Shown: positions 5,964 to 15,799, counted from the stretch's first letter. The stretch is 16,249 nucleotides of DNA from a virus (IMGVR_UViG_3300035495_000018:88104-104352), one strand, 5' to 3'. Translations and numbers: made by a program. The notes: a model not told the origin generated them from the sequence alone.

Positions 5964-7136
5964 ATGGATGAATTATCTTTAGATAACATACTGAGTGAAG
6001 ACCAAATCAATGGTCTTTTCTCTAATGAAGAAATACAGGAGACTGAAGAACCTAAGCATAATCCTGAAGAGGAGGAAGGTAAGAAAAAGGACGGTTCTCC
6101 TGAAGAAGAAACAATTGAAACTACTGAGGCTAATCTTGGTGAACTATTTGGTTCAGAAGAGAAGCCAGAGGGCGTAGGTAGTGAAGAAGAAACAAAGGAA
6201 AAGAAGGATACCACTTCTACGGGTGGTTCCTCTTCCAACTTCTACTCTTCCATTGCCAATGCTCTTGTAGAAGATGGTATCCTTCAAAACCTTGATGAAA
6301 AAGAACTTGCTAAGATTCAAACTGCTGAGGACTTTGCTGAGGCTATCTCCAATCAAATCAAGAATCAACTTGATGAGAAACAAAAGAGAGTTAGTGAAGC
6401 ACTTGACCTTGGTATAGAGCCTACAGAGATTCAGAAGTATGAGAGGTATATCAGTATCCTTGATGGTGTTACTGAGAAGGGCCTAACTTCTGAAGGTGAA
6501 GAGGGAGAGAATCTTAGAAAGAACCTTATATATCAAGATTGTCTTAACAAGGGTTACTCAAAGGAAAGAGCATTGAAGATGGTAGACAAGTCTATTAAGG
6601 CTGGTACTGACATTGAAGATGCAAGAGAGGCTCTAAATGACAATAAGGAATTCTATAAGAAGCAATACAACTCTATGCTTGATGAAGCTAGAGAGGCAGA
6701 GAAAGAAGAGCAGAAGAAGTTCAAGCAGCAAGCTGATGAATTAAGAAACTCTATCCTTGAAGAGGATACAGCTTTTGGTGATGTCAAGATTGACAAGAAC
6801 ACAAGGCAAAGAGTTTATGACAGCATTATGAAGCCTATCTATACTGACCCTGAGTCAGGAGAAAAGCTTACAGCAGTTCAAAAGTATGAGCTTGAACATA
6901 GGACTGACTTCTTGAAGAATGTAGGTCTGTTGTTTGTTCTCACTGATGGATTTAAGAACATAGACAGACTTGTTACTGATAAAGTAAAAAAGGAGACAAA
7001 GAAAAGTCTCAGAAACCTTGAACACACTCTAAGTGGAGGTGGTAGTGGTTTCAGAGGTGGCAATCTGTCATTTGCTAATAATAGTGGTGACACTGACCCT
7101 GAGTCTCTATTCAAAGGCTGGAAACTAAGTGTTTAA
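5964..7136 (+). CDS. Probable capsid scaffolding/assembly protein (390 aa)
   Basis: Very acidic low-complexity N-terminus and helical coiled-coil body, immediately upstream of the MCP. Function inferred from position and composition. Confidence 0.6.
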   Translation: MDELSLDNILSEDQINGLFSNEEIQETEEPKHNPEEEEGKKKDGSPEEETIETTEANLGELFGSEEKPEGVGSEEETKEKKDTTSTGGSSSNFYSSIANALVEDGILQNLDEKELAKIQTAEDFAEAISNQIKNQLDEKQKRVSEALDLGIEPTEIQKYERYISILDGVTEKGLTSEGEEGENLRKNLIYQDCLNKGYSKERALKMVDKSIKAGTDIEDAREALNDNKEFYKKQYNSMLDEAREAEKEEQKKFKQQADELRNSILEEDTAFGDVKIDKNTRQRVYDSIMKPIYTDPESGEKLTAVQKYELEHRTDFLKNVGLLFVLTDGFKNIDRLVTDKVKKETKKSLRNLEHTLSGGGSGFRGGNLSFANNSGDTDPESLFKGWKLSV

Positions 7137-7157
7137 TGTTTTATATAAATACAATTT

Positions 7158-8666
7158 ATGGCAGGACAACTGAATAAATTTCAGACAGTTGGCTTCCAAG
7201 GTTGGGCACCTACTATCAGCAAGCTAAACCACATTTATTCTAATCCTGTATTTAGACAGGAGCCTCAAAAGGTATCGAATCTAATGGTTGAGCTCTTTGC
7301 TGCTAAAAGAGGTGCTTCTCTGGATTCACTTCTGTCTGGTCTGACTGTTAAGGAGTTTGAGAATGATGACAGATACTATTGGGATGTAGTAGGTTCTGTT
7401 AGAAGAAACATTCCTCTTCTAGAGGCTAGAACTCTTGAAGGCAATGTAGTAGCTTCGGATGATACAGTAGGAGCAGGTACTGAACCTTTCTACCTAGTAT
7501 TTGGAGAGCACTACTTCTTCGATGGTGAAGTAATCTTTGGTAACCTTAACCAAGTATATCCATTTAGAATTCTTGGTGATGCTAGAGTTGAAGGAACTCA
7601 CTACATCTATAAGGTAGAACTTATGGGTGGTAACACTACTGGTGTTCCTGGTGAAAGACTTCAAGCTGGTGAAAGGTTCTCTGTAGGTTTTGCACCTGTA
7701 GAAAGGGAGCTATCAAGAAGTGTTGGTGGTGTTAGATTTAACTCACCTGTATCTATGAGCAATGAGTGGACTACTCTTAGAATCAAGCATAAAGTATCTG
7801 GTGCCCTTCTTAACAAGAAGGTTGCAGTAGGTGTTCCTATGGAATCTGCTGATGGTACTAAGCATACCACTACTAACCTATGGATGCACAATGAGGACTA
7901 TGTACTTGAAAAGCAGTGGCAAGACTACAAGAACATTGCTATGGCTTGGGGTACTTCTAACCAAAATGCTAATGGTGAATATCTGAACTTCGGTAAGTCA
8001 GGTGAAGCTATTAGAATGGGCGATGGTCTTTATGCTCAACTTGAAGTAGCTAACACTACATATTACAATGACTTCAGCCTCAAGCTTATTGAGGATGCTC
8101 TATATGACCTATGTTACAATAGACCTGATGTAGAGAACAGAACCATTGTAATCAGAACTGGTATGAAGGGTGCTGAGCAATTTAGCAAGGCAGTAAATGA
8201 TACTATCTCTGGATGGACTAATCTTACTATCAATGCTGATAACCTTGGCATGATTAGAAAGACCTCAGGATGGCATCCTAATTCACTGGCTGCTGGTTAT
8301 CAGTTCACTGAATACAGAACTGCAAGTGGTCTTAACATTAAGGTTGAGATTGACAAGTTCTATGATGACCCTGTAAACAACAAGATTCAACACAGTCTTG
8401 GTGGACCTGCAAGTTCATATAGATATGATATTCTTGACCTTGGTTCTTCTAATGAGCCTAACATCTTTAAGTGTAAGCTCAAGGGACAGGATGAAATCAG
8501 AAGCATCCAACCTGGTATTAGAGACCCATGGACAGGTAAGACTAATGTAGACTATGCTTCTAATGACGAAGATGCATCAACCATCCACAAGATGACTACA
8601 TTTGGTATCTGTGTTCTTGACCCAACTAGAACAATGTCTATTATCCCTGCTATCCTGCAAGGATAA
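7158..8666 (+). CDS. Major capsid protein, crAss-like (HK97 fold; crAss001 gp32 equivalent)
   Basis: 502 aa, the size typical of Crassvirales MCPs. Motifs I associate with the family (YYWDVVG, GERFSVGFAPVERELS, GEAIRMGDGL, IRTGMKGAEQF, SYRYDILDLG). Followed by the canonical crAss-like structural gene order. Confidence 0.88.
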   Translation: MAGQLNKFQTVGFQGWAPTISKLNHIYSNPVFRQEPQKVSNLMVELFAAKRGASLDSLLSGLTVKEFENDDRYYWDVVGSVRRNIPLLEARTLEGNVVASDDTVGAGTEPFYLVFGEHYFFDGEVIFGNLNQVYPFRILGDARVEGTHYIYKVELMGGNTTGVPGERLQAGERFSVGFAPVERELSRSVGGVRFNSPVSMSNEWTTLRIKHKVSGALLNKKVAVGVPMESADGTKHTTTNLWMHNEDYVLEKQWQDYKNIAMAWGTSNQNANGEYLNFGKSGEAIRMGDGLYAQLEVANTTYYNDFSLKLIEDALYDLCYNRPDVENRTIVIRTGMKGAEQFSKAVNDTISGWTNLTINADNLGMIRKTSGWHPNSLAAGYQFTEYRTASGLNIKVEIDKFYDDPVNNKIQHSLGGPASSYRYDILDLGSSNEPNIFKCKLKGQDEIRSIQPGIRDPWTGKTNVDYASNDEDASTIHKMTTFGICVLDPTRTMSIIPAILQG

Positions 8667-8692
8667 ACAATTTCAACATAAAACTAGAGTCT

Positions 8693-8731
8693 GGGGAGGG
8701 AGGCTTACCCTCCTTCCCCTTTATATTTTTC
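8693..8731 (+). terminator. Rho-independent terminator/attenuator after the MCP gene
   Basis: GGGGAGGGAGG-CTTAC-CCTCCTTCCCC followed by TTTATATTTTTT. Confidence 0.85.
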
Positions 8732-8735
8732 AATT

Positions 8736-9638
8736 ATGGCAAAAGGAGTAGAAGAAAAAGAACCACAGCTAACTAGCTGTTTGAGAAATGAAAAAATCTG
8801 TATTAGGTATATCCCTAGACAGAGTCACATGGTAACAGACCCTCATCACATCTTATATGGAGGTATGGCTGAGGATTCAGTTAAAACATTTGTAGTTCCT
8901 AAACTAACTACAGGTACATTTGTAAATGTACTTACTAACAGTGAGATGGCATTCCTAGAGAACTACCTTGGAATGGATAAGGGAACTCTGAGTGTATATA
9001 AAAAGGAAAATAACTTTTGGAGTGATGCTAACCCTCAAGGTATTAATAAGGTTAAACTGAGAAAGCAGGATAACTACCTTGACCTTAGTGTCCCTGAAGA
9101 CTATATAAGATACAAGATTCTTCTTGCAAATAAAGACTTTGTTGCTCCTTCATTGAAGGTACTTGAAGACAGACCTAAAGCTACATATCAGTTTGTTATT
9201 ATTGAGGGTAATGAACAAGTCAATGCAGCTAAGAGAAACATGAATGTAACCAGAGAGTGTTACATGGAATTTGGTAAGATTGAGAATGATATTGAAACTC
9301 TCATGTGTATTGTTGAGTTGATGGATGGTAGAAATGTAGCTCCTAATACTAGTCTTGACTTCTTGCAGACTAAGATTGACAGCTTCATTCAATCTAATCC
9401 TAAGACATTCCTCAAGACTGTGAAGGATGAAACACTTCCTACTAAGGTTCTTATCAGAAGGAGCATCAATGCTGGTAACATTGTTAAGAGAGGTGATTTC
9501 TTGTATCTAAAGAAGGATGGTAAACCAATGTGTGGAGACAATGAAGACCCTGTACTAAGTGTTGCAGTTAAGTTCCTCAACAATCCTAGGAACCAAGACA
9601 TCAAGCTTGGACTTGAAGCTCTTCTAAATAGTAAATAA
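8736..9638 (+). CDS. Conserved crAss-like protein encoded directly after the MCP (crAss001 gp33 position)
   Basis: 300-aa ORF. Assignment by synteny only; function unknown. Confidence 0.65.
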   Translation: MAKGVEEKEPQLTSCLRNEKICIRYIPRQSHMVTDPHHILYGGMAEDSVKTFVVPKLTTGTFVNVLTNSEMAFLENYLGMDKGTLSVYKKENNFWSDANPQGINKVKLRKQDNYLDLSVPEDYIRYKILLANKDFVAPSLKVLEDRPKATYQFVIIEGNEQVNAAKRNMNVTRECYMEFGKIENDIETLMCIVELMDGRNVAPNTSLDFLQTKIDSFIQSNPKTFLKTVKDETLPTKVLIRRSINAGNIVKRGDFLYLKKDGKPMCGDNEDPVLSVAVKFLNNPRNQDIKLGLEALLNSK

Positions 9639-9667
9639 CAGCACTCAGTGCTATAAAAATATATTCA

Positions 9668-10462
9668 ATGACTAACGAGGAATTCAGTAATCAATTTGAT
9701 GTATTGTATAACAATATAATGTCTAATCAAGCTCCAGGATTAGATGAATATGAGAAGTCAGTGTTCTTGACTAAGGCTCAAGATGAAATAGTTAAGGCTT
9801 ACTTTAATCCTAGACTTAATAAGACTCAGGAAGGATTTGATGCTAATGAGAAGAGACAGATTGACTTCTCAATGATTACAAGAAGTGATACTTACAATGA
9901 AGAGGCTAGCTTTAAAGAGTCTTTCTTTGATAACAGAGAAAATACCAAATCTGTAATATTGAATAAAGACATTCTAATGTTTGTCAATGAGTATATTATT
10001 GTAAGTAGAAAAATATCTGATAGTCAGTCTAAGGATACTAGACTAACAGTAATTCCTATCAACTACACTGAGTACTCAAGGCTGATGAGTAAGCCTTACA
10101 AGAGACCACTCAATTACCAAGCATGGAGAATACTTGATAATAGTGCTGCTGATGGAACTACTACAACTTATACAAAGAAAGTAGAACTTGTTGTTGGTCC
10201 TAATGATACTATCAAGTCTTATCACGTAAGGTTTATAAAGAGACCTAGAGCAATAAGACTTATTGACTTTGATGAAGTCACTCTTGATGGTGAAAGCACA
10301 AAGCAGACTTGTGAGCTTGACCCAATTCTACATCAAGAGATTCTACAGAGAGCAGTTGAGCTTGCTAAGGCCTCTTACACTGGAGATTTAAATAGTCAGG
10401 TGGCTCTTGGACAATCAAGTCAAACTAGCATTGGAGCAGTAGCTACACAAGCATCTAGATAA
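9668..10462 (+). CDS. Tail ring protein (P22 gp4/tail tubular-like; crAss001 gp34 position)
   Basis: Shares MT.EEFS..FD.L, LDEYEKS.FLT.AQD and CELD..LH..IL.RAV.LA with the next gene. Synteny with crAss-like ring genes. Confidence 0.72.
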   Translation: MTNEEFSNQFDVLYNNIMSNQAPGLDEYEKSVFLTKAQDEIVKAYFNPRLNKTQEGFDANEKRQIDFSMITRSDTYNEEASFKESFFDNRENTKSVILNKDILMFVNEYIIVSRKISDSQSKDTRLTVIPINYTEYSRLMSKPYKRPLNYQAWRILDNSAADGTTTTYTKKVELVVGPNDTIKSYHVRFIKRPRAIRLIDFDEVTLDGESTKQTCELDPILHQEILQRAVELAKASYTGDLNSQVALGQSSQTSIGAVATQASR

Positions 10463-10464
10463 TC

Positions 10465-11184
10465 ATGACAGTAGAAGAATTTAGCAGTGCATTTGATACC
10501 CTTCTCAGTAGCTATAATAGTAAGTCAGAGTTTGGTGATACTCACTCTAGAGCTGACATAGTGTTAGATGAATATGAGAAATCTCTATTCCTGACAGAAG
10601 CTCAAGACCAGATTATTATAGAGCTCTATAGTGGAAGGAATGATAAGTTGTCTTCCTTTGAGAAGACAGAAGAGCTTAGAGCTAACTTGAGAAATCTCAT
10701 TAAGACAGCTACAATAGCTGCTTCAAGTGAGACTTACAGTGGCTTATCAGAGTACTCTAAGTTCTTCAAACTTCCTTCAGATATTCTATTCATAACTTAT
10801 GAGGCTGCTACTATTGGTGATGAATCTGCTGGTTGTAAAAATGGTAAGACTATTGCAGTAATACCTGTTACTCAAGATGACTTTCATAGAATAATGGAGA
10901 ACCCCTTCAGACAGGCCAACAAGAGAAAAGCTCTTAGGCTTGACAATGGGCTTGACATAGTGGAAGTTGTTTCTAAGTATAACCTTACTAACTATACTGT
11001 AAGGTATATCTCAAAGCCAAAACCAATAGTACTGACAAATCTCTCAGAGATGAATGTATTCCCTGAAGTTGAAGGTAAAGAAACAAATTGTGAACTTGAT
11101 TCTGTATTGCATAGACCTATACTCGAAAGAGCAGTTCTACTTGCTTTGAGTAGCAAGGGCATTCAGAATAAAAATAATGTTTAA
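10465..11184 (+). CDS. Tail ring protein paralogue (crAss001 gp35 position)
   Basis: Visible paralogue of 9668..10462 (motifs above) and in the expected position. Confidence 0.72.
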   Translation: MTVEEFSSAFDTLLSSYNSKSEFGDTHSRADIVLDEYEKSLFLTEAQDQIIIELYSGRNDKLSSFEKTEELRANLRNLIKTATIAASSETYSGLSEYSKFFKLPSDILFITYEAATIGDESAGCKNGKTIAVIPVTQDDFHRIMENPFRQANKRKALRLDNGLDIVEVVSKYNLTNYTVRYISKPKPIVLTNLSEMNVFPEVEGKETNCELDSVLHRPILERAVLLALSSKGIQNKNNV

Positions 11185-11201
11185 TTAAACTTTTTATAAA
11201 G

Positions 11202-12131
11202 ATGGCAATTAAGTCCGTAAATCAGAACAGACAGTTCTATGTAGTATCAGAACTAGTAACTACAGAACCAAAGACAGAAGGTCAAATCAAGCTGGGAAAA
11301 ACTCCTGATGGCAAGCAAATCTTCTTCAAGCACTTTGGTAAGGGTGGCCTAACAAGAACTGACATTATTGATGTAGATAAGGTCAGCTATGCTAAGCTTA
11401 CCACTAAGGAGGATATGCAGAGGAAGCTTAAGAAAGCAGTAGTAACTCTAAGTGATGAAGTCAATGAAGGCAATCCTATTGCAGGTCAAGACTACATTCT
11501 GAGAGTAACAGTCTTCAATTATCTTGCACCAGGTGATGCTTGTCAACTAGTTAAGTCAGCAGCAGTTCATGCTACTAAGGCTATGGCTACAAGTAAGGAA
11601 GCCTTCTACAAGAAGATGGCAGAGTCACTAACCCTTAACTTCAGTAGAGAAGTTCAGCCCCTTCTAACATTTGAAGGTTCTGCTGATGGTATTACTATTA
11701 CTGAGGTGGCAGACCAGCCTTGGAGACTAGGTATCTATTCTCAAGAACCTGTTAATTTCAGTCTTACTCCAACTACTGTGAAGTATGAAGGTGAGAATGT
11801 TATTTGGGGTGAAGTTGAATATGGTACTACTGACACTGTAGTAGGTAATGGTAAAGAGGTTGCTGACCTTGAATACTTCTGCTCAGCAGAAAGAGGTGAT
11901 ATGTTCAGAAACATGGGTTACCCATATAACATTGATGTTAAGATGATGGTTGACCCTGACAAGGAGTATGACATGATTGACCTTCACTATGCTTATAGTG
12001 GTGATGGAGTTCAGGTTCATAAGTCTGAAAAGGACCTAACCTTTGTATCAGCAACTGCTGGTGTACTTACAAGTATCAAGGCAGCTATTGCAGCCCTAGG
12101 TATTACTTTTGAAGGAAGTGCTGAAGGATAA
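11202..12131 (+). CDS. Probable auxiliary capsid (stabilisation) protein (crAss001 gp36 position)
   Basis: 309-aa beta-rich protein in the expected position after two ring genes, followed by a terminator as is the MCP gene. Confidence 0.65.
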   Translation: MAIKSVNQNRQFYVVSELVTTEPKTEGQIKLGKTPDGKQIFFKHFGKGGLTRTDIIDVDKVSYAKLTTKEDMQRKLKKAVVTLSDEVNEGNPIAGQDYILRVTVFNYLAPGDACQLVKSAAVHATKAMATSKEAFYKKMAESLTLNFSREVQPLLTFEGSADGITITEVADQPWRLGIYSQEPVNFSLTPTTVKYEGENVIWGEVEYGTTDTVVGNGKEVADLEYFCSAERGDMFRNMGYPYNIDVKMMVDPDKEYDMIDLHYAYSGDGVQVHKSEKDLTFVSATAGVLTSIKAAIAALGITFEGSAEG

Positions 12132-12134
12132 CAT

Positions 12135-12166
12135 AAGGGGAGGAATTAAACCTCCCCTTTAATTTT
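12135..12166 (+). terminator. Rho-independent terminator
   Basis: AAGGGGAGG-AATTAAA-CCTCCCCTT followed by TAATTTT. Confidence 0.8.
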
Positions 12167-12175
12167 ATATAGACC

Positions 12176-12823
12176 ATGATAGTATTCAATGAATGTAGAA
12201 TAGACTCAGAGGGTAAATATCTTATTGTAGAAGCAAGTGTAGAGAACCTTGACTACTTCAAGAATGTCTTCATAGAGTCTATAGTGATAGATACCCAAGA
12301 CACCTACTCAGCTAATGGACCAAGCAGTAATCCAGTATACAGTGTAGAGCTAGACAACACATCTTATAAGAAGGTTTTGTCTGAAACAGATAAGACTCAA
12401 ATCTACAATGAGGAAACCCTTGAGATTTACTGTGATGAGCTTGATACTATAAAGAGTGTAAGGCTTAGAATTCCTGTTGGAGACCTTAAAGTAGATAGCC
12501 TTAATGACAATATCTTCTTTGTCTATATTGGTGCTGGTGGTGTACCTGATGGCTCTACTCCATGTGGAATGGATAATCAATACACTATGGGTATTGCCAT
12601 TAACATGAGGCCAATTTATAATATGGCTATGGGTTATATAAGAGAGCTTGAGAGTAGCTGTGAAACTCCTAGAGGATTCATAGATATGATTCTCAGACTT
12701 AAAGCATTTGAACTCTCTCTAAAGACAGGTAATTATCAAGCTGCCTTTAAGCAGTGGGATAAACTGAAGAATAAAGCTGTTGTTCCTTCAAAGAAAAATT
12801 GTGGTTGCCATGGAATTTACTAA
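12176..12823 (+). CDS. Probable tail hub protein A (crAss001 gp38 position)
   Basis: 215 aa; beta-rich N-terminal domain, helical C-terminus ending NCGCHG. Assignment by synteny. Confidence 0.55.
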   Translation: MIVFNECRIDSEGKYLIVEASVENLDYFKNVFIESIVIDTQDTYSANGPSSNPVYSVELDNTSYKKVLSETDKTQIYNEETLEIYCDELDTIKSVRLRIPVGDLKVDSLNDNIFFVYIGAGGVPDGSTPCGMDNQYTMGIAINMRPIYNMAMGYIRELESSCETPRGFIDMILRLKAFELSLKTGNYQAAFKQWDKLKNKAVVPSKKNCGCHGIY

Positions 12824-13145
12824 TGAAGTATATGATGCTATAAACAGATACTTCTCTTTACTCAAGCACACTGGATATAAGCCCTATAAGCAAGTGGACA
12901 ACCTACTTGTAATGGTCTTTATTGAAGAGCTGCTTGAGGGCCCACTATCACAATATATAACTGAGAAAGACTACAACTCTATAGTCAATAGTCTCTATTG
13001 TCTATATGGAACCTGCATGATTCCATTCCCTGACTATAAGAAAGCTATTGATGAGGTACTTGCTAAGTCTCCTGATAAGTATAGAGCAACAGAAGATGGG
13101 GCATTTAGAGTATCTGAAACAATTGGTTTGAGAATAATGTCTTAA
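12810..13145 (+). CDS. Probable tail hub protein B (crAss001 gp39 position), 111 aa
   Basis: Start reassigned to ATG 12810 (MEFTNEVYDAINRYF), overlapping the upstream stop by 14 nt. Assignment by synteny. Confidence 0.55.
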   Translation: MEFTNEVYDAINRYFSLLKHTGYKPYKQVDNLLVMVFIEELLEGPLSQYITEKDYNSIVNSLYCLYGTCMIPFPDYKKAIDEVLAKSPDKYRATEDGAFRVSETIGLRIMS

Positions 13146-13171
13146 GAGACTATAATAAATTTACTGAACTG

Positions 13172-13203
13172 CTTGCATAGGTTAGAATTTATTTCTACCT
13201 TTG
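13172..13203 (+). promoter_or_regulatory. Bacteroidetes-type promoter
   Basis: cTTG (13172-13175), 20-nt spacer, TACCTTTG (13196-13203), intergenic and 24 nt before ATG 13228. Confidence 0.7.
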
Positions 13204-13227
13204 TAAGCAGTTTTATTATATATAGAT

Positions 13228-13926
13228 ATGGCAACTTATAGAGAAATAGTTTTCATGTGCCTTGATGAGTTGAAGGTTTCTGCTGATGACAGTTACTTCT
13301 CTGAGGAACACATTATATTCCTAGCCAGTAAGTTCAGAGGAGCCCTACTGAAGCAAACTTACAAGGACATTAAAAAAGAGATACCAGAGTCTAATTATCA
13401 GACTCTATGCTTGGACCTCATACAAGTCCCTGCTATTACAGGAGAAGAGTGTGAAGGTGGAACATATCTTAGAAGTAAGGAGAAGATACCTTTCCTTATG
13501 TCTATAGCTACACCAAGAGTATATACAGAGGACTACTACCAAGGTGAGATAACCTACGTATCAAAAGAAAGAATGAGGTATGTTGGTTACAATAGATGGT
13601 TACCTAATATAATCTATGCCTCTATTGGACCTGACAATTATCTATACCTCAAGTCTTTTAATCCTCAGTATTTATACCTTGAGAATATAAAGCTCACAGG
13701 AGTATTTGAAGATTCAGAGAAAGCCTCAGAGCTTGAGTGTGATAGTTCTGATACTTGTGATATACTTGATAAGACATTCTCTTTGGAAGAAGCTCTAATT
13801 CCTCAACTCATACAGCTTGTAGTTAAGGAGCTATCAAGACCAGAGTACTTACCAAAGGATTCAGCTAATAATGCTGAGGATGACCTATCTGGAATAGCTA
13901 CTGCAAATGAAAGAAGAGACAAGTGA
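13228..13926 (+). CDS. Tail ring protein (crAss001 gp40 position)
   Basis: 232 aa with ring-like helical N- and C-termini (TYREIVFMCLDEL; LEEALIPQLIQLVVKEL). Assignment by synteny. Confidence 0.65.
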   Translation: MATYREIVFMCLDELKVSADDSYFSEEHIIFLASKFRGALLKQTYKDIKKEIPESNYQTLCLDLIQVPAITGEECEGGTYLRSKEKIPFLMSIATPRVYTEDYYQGEITYVSKERMRYVGYNRWLPNIIYASIGPDNYLYLKSFNPQYLYLENIKLTGVFEDSEKASELECDSSDTCDILDKTFSLEEALIPQLIQLVVKELSRPEYLPKDSANNAEDDLSGIATANERRDK

Positions 13927-14443
13927 TTTCAGAAGGGCAGTTTTAAAGCTTAATGAACCTAGAGTACATAAGGTGAGAAACTCCTTAGGTGTCTATGATT
14001 CATATAAGTGGATTCGTAAGAATAAGTGGTTGGATTTACCTAGACCAGTAACAGAGCATGAGTTTTATAGTATCATAAGACAGGTAAATAATCTCCTTGC
14101 TGAAGCATTACTGAGAGGGGAAGATATTCTACTCCCTCACAGAATGGGTGCTATAGAGCTTAGGAAGTATGATGCTAGGATAACTCTTAATGGTGATAAG
14201 ATAATAACTAATCTACCTATTGATTGGGATAGAACTCTTAAACTATGGTCAGAAGATGAGGAAGCCTATAAGGAAAGAACACTTATTAAAATGGAGGAAA
14301 AAGAAATATTCAAGGTATTCTACAATAAGAGAACTGCCAACTACGAGAATAAATCCTTCATGTCATTTGAGGTTAATAGAGACTTGAAAAGAAGACTTAA
14401 ACAGAAAATAAAGAACAAGGCAGTAGATGCCTTCAAGATATAA
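13907..14443 (+). CDS. IHF/HU-like DNA-binding protein of the crAss-like structural module
   Basis: Basic protein with IIRQVNNLLAEALLRGEDILLPHRMGAIELRK, resembling the HU/IHF helix-G(E/D).V.(I/L)..(F/L)G.F signature. Confidence 0.65.
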   Translation: MKEETSDFRRAVLKLNEPRVHKVRNSLGVYDSYKWIRKNKWLDLPRPVTEHEFYSIIRQVNNLLAEALLRGEDILLPHRMGAIELRKYDARITLNGDKIITNLPIDWDRTLKLWSEDEEAYKERTLIKMEEKEIFKVFYNKRTANYENKSFMSFEVNRDLKRRLKQKIKNKAVDAFKI

Positions 14444-15135
14444 TGGATAGATACATTTCAATTAAAGTCATCCTAGACAATGTGCTCGACCATCCCTTAC
14501 TAAGAGATGTCTCTTTTGAAAGGGCAGTTAATCACACCGTCAATTTCATTAGGATAGTAGGAATGCCTAAAGCATTTGAAGAGAAGACTGATACCCTTGA
14601 GGTTAAAAATTACAGGGCATTGCTACCTTGTGATTTCAACTCTATGATTCAGGTCAGAGCTATAAAGAAACATAGTCATGATACTGAAGCATTCAGAGAG
14701 TCTACTGATAGTTTCCACATGAGTGAAGATAAGAAGGGCTCCTTTGATTTTACTTATAAGCTACAAGGAAATATTATCTATACCTCAATGAAGGAAGGTA
14801 CTATAGAGATAGCTTATGAAGCTCTTGCAGTAGACTCTGAAGGCTACCCCCTAATACCTGACAATAGCTCATTTACAAGAGCTTTGGAACTATATATAAA
14901 GAAGCAATGCTTTACTGTATTATTTGACCTTGGGAAGATAAGTCAGGCTGTCTACAGTAATGTCTGCCAAGAATATGCATGGGCAGTGGGACAAGCTCAA
15001 TCAGACTTAGTAAGACCTACTCCTGATGAGATGGAGAGTATTACTAATATGTGGAATACATTAGTTCCTAGGGCTACAGAGCATAGAACTGGATTCATAA
15101 ATAATGGCACTAAAGAACAGATTAAAGTTCAATAA
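14443..15135 (+). CDS. Tail ring/tubular protein (crAss001 gp43 position)
   Basis: 230 aa; FTYKLQGNIIYTSMKEGTIEIAYEALAVDSEGYPLIPDN...ALELYI is typical of P22 gp4-like tubular proteins. Coupled to the previous gene (TAATG). Confidence 0.7.
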   Translation: MDRYISIKVILDNVLDHPLLRDVSFERAVNHTVNFIRIVGMPKAFEEKTDTLEVKNYRALLPCDFNSMIQVRAIKKHSHDTEAFRESTDSFHMSEDKKGSFDFTYKLQGNIIYTSMKEGTIEIAYEALAVDSEGYPLIPDNSSFTRALELYIKKQCFTVLFDLGKISQAVYSNVCQEYAWAVGQAQSDLVRPTPDEMESITNMWNTLVPRATEHRTGFINNGTKEQIKVQ

Positions 15136-15137
15136 CT

Positions 15138-15494
15138 ATGGCTAGAGCAATAAATGATGACATAGCTTATAAAGGTAGTACCTTGGTTCTTGGAGTTAAG
15201 TTTCCTCCAGTTGATGATACATATAGTTTCACTGACCTGCTGAATGCTGGCAACATTGAGGTCTATTACTACATTATCAATACTAAGAACAAGTATAAGG
15301 TGGATAATCTATATAAGGCATGGGAAGAAGATAACCCTGACTATGCTAATATGTATGCCTTTACTGTAGAGACTGAGAACTTAGTTCCTGGAGTATTGAT
15401 GGTAGAAGTAGTAGCTACAATACCTGCTCATGGTAAACTACCACAGAGAACAGAGATTGCCAGATGCTCTTCAGGCATAGCAATAATAGAGTGA
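15138..15494 (+). CDS. Hypothetical beta-rich protein, possible fibre adaptor (118 aa)
   Basis: ORF track. Alternating hydrophobic beta-strand pattern; lies upstream of the fibre gene. Confidence 0.6.
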   Translation: MARAINDDIAYKGSTLVLGVKFPPVDDTYSFTDLLNAGNIEVYYYIINTKNKYKVDNLYKAWEEDNPDYANMYAFTVETENLVPGVLMVEVVATIPAHGKLPQRTEIARCSSGIAIIE

Positions 15495-15799
15495 TGGATA
15501 ACTACTTCATAAGCTACGATAAAAAGAATAAAACAAGGTATATAATACCTGAGGTTAGTATAATATCCAATGATACTTCAAGGCTTTCTATTGTAGAGGA
15601 AAGTGATAATCCTCTACATATGGAAGCTTTCAGAGCTACAAAGAAACTCAATCCTTATGTGTTCAGGGTTAGTCATCCTATAGTTCTTGAGGTATTTGTA
15701 TATGGTCCAGACAGTTTATACTATAAAGTAATTGAAGGACTTTATATGCTTGAGGATGGTACTATGAAACTTAAAGTAAAGAAGAAATATGGAAAGTGA
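15494..15799 (+). CDS. Hypothetical protein (101 aa)
   Basis: Start reassigned to ATG 15494 (TGATG overlap with the upstream stop): MDNYFISYDKKNK... Confidence 0.65.
   Translation: MDNYFISYDKKNKTRYIIPEVSIISNDTSRLSIVEESDNPLHMEAFRATKKLNPYVFRVSHPIVLEVFVYGPDSLYYKVIEGLYMLEDGTMKLKVKKKYGK

Noticed and set aside
7158-8666. Intron or intein in the major capsid gene
   Set aside because: The ORF is continuous at the expected length, with no group I core elements or intein motifs.
1880-8922. Intragenic TAnnTTTG matches (1880-1887, about 3312, 8915-8922)
   Set aside because: They lie inside coding sequence without a correctly spaced -33 element. Such matches are expected by chance in AT-rich DNA.
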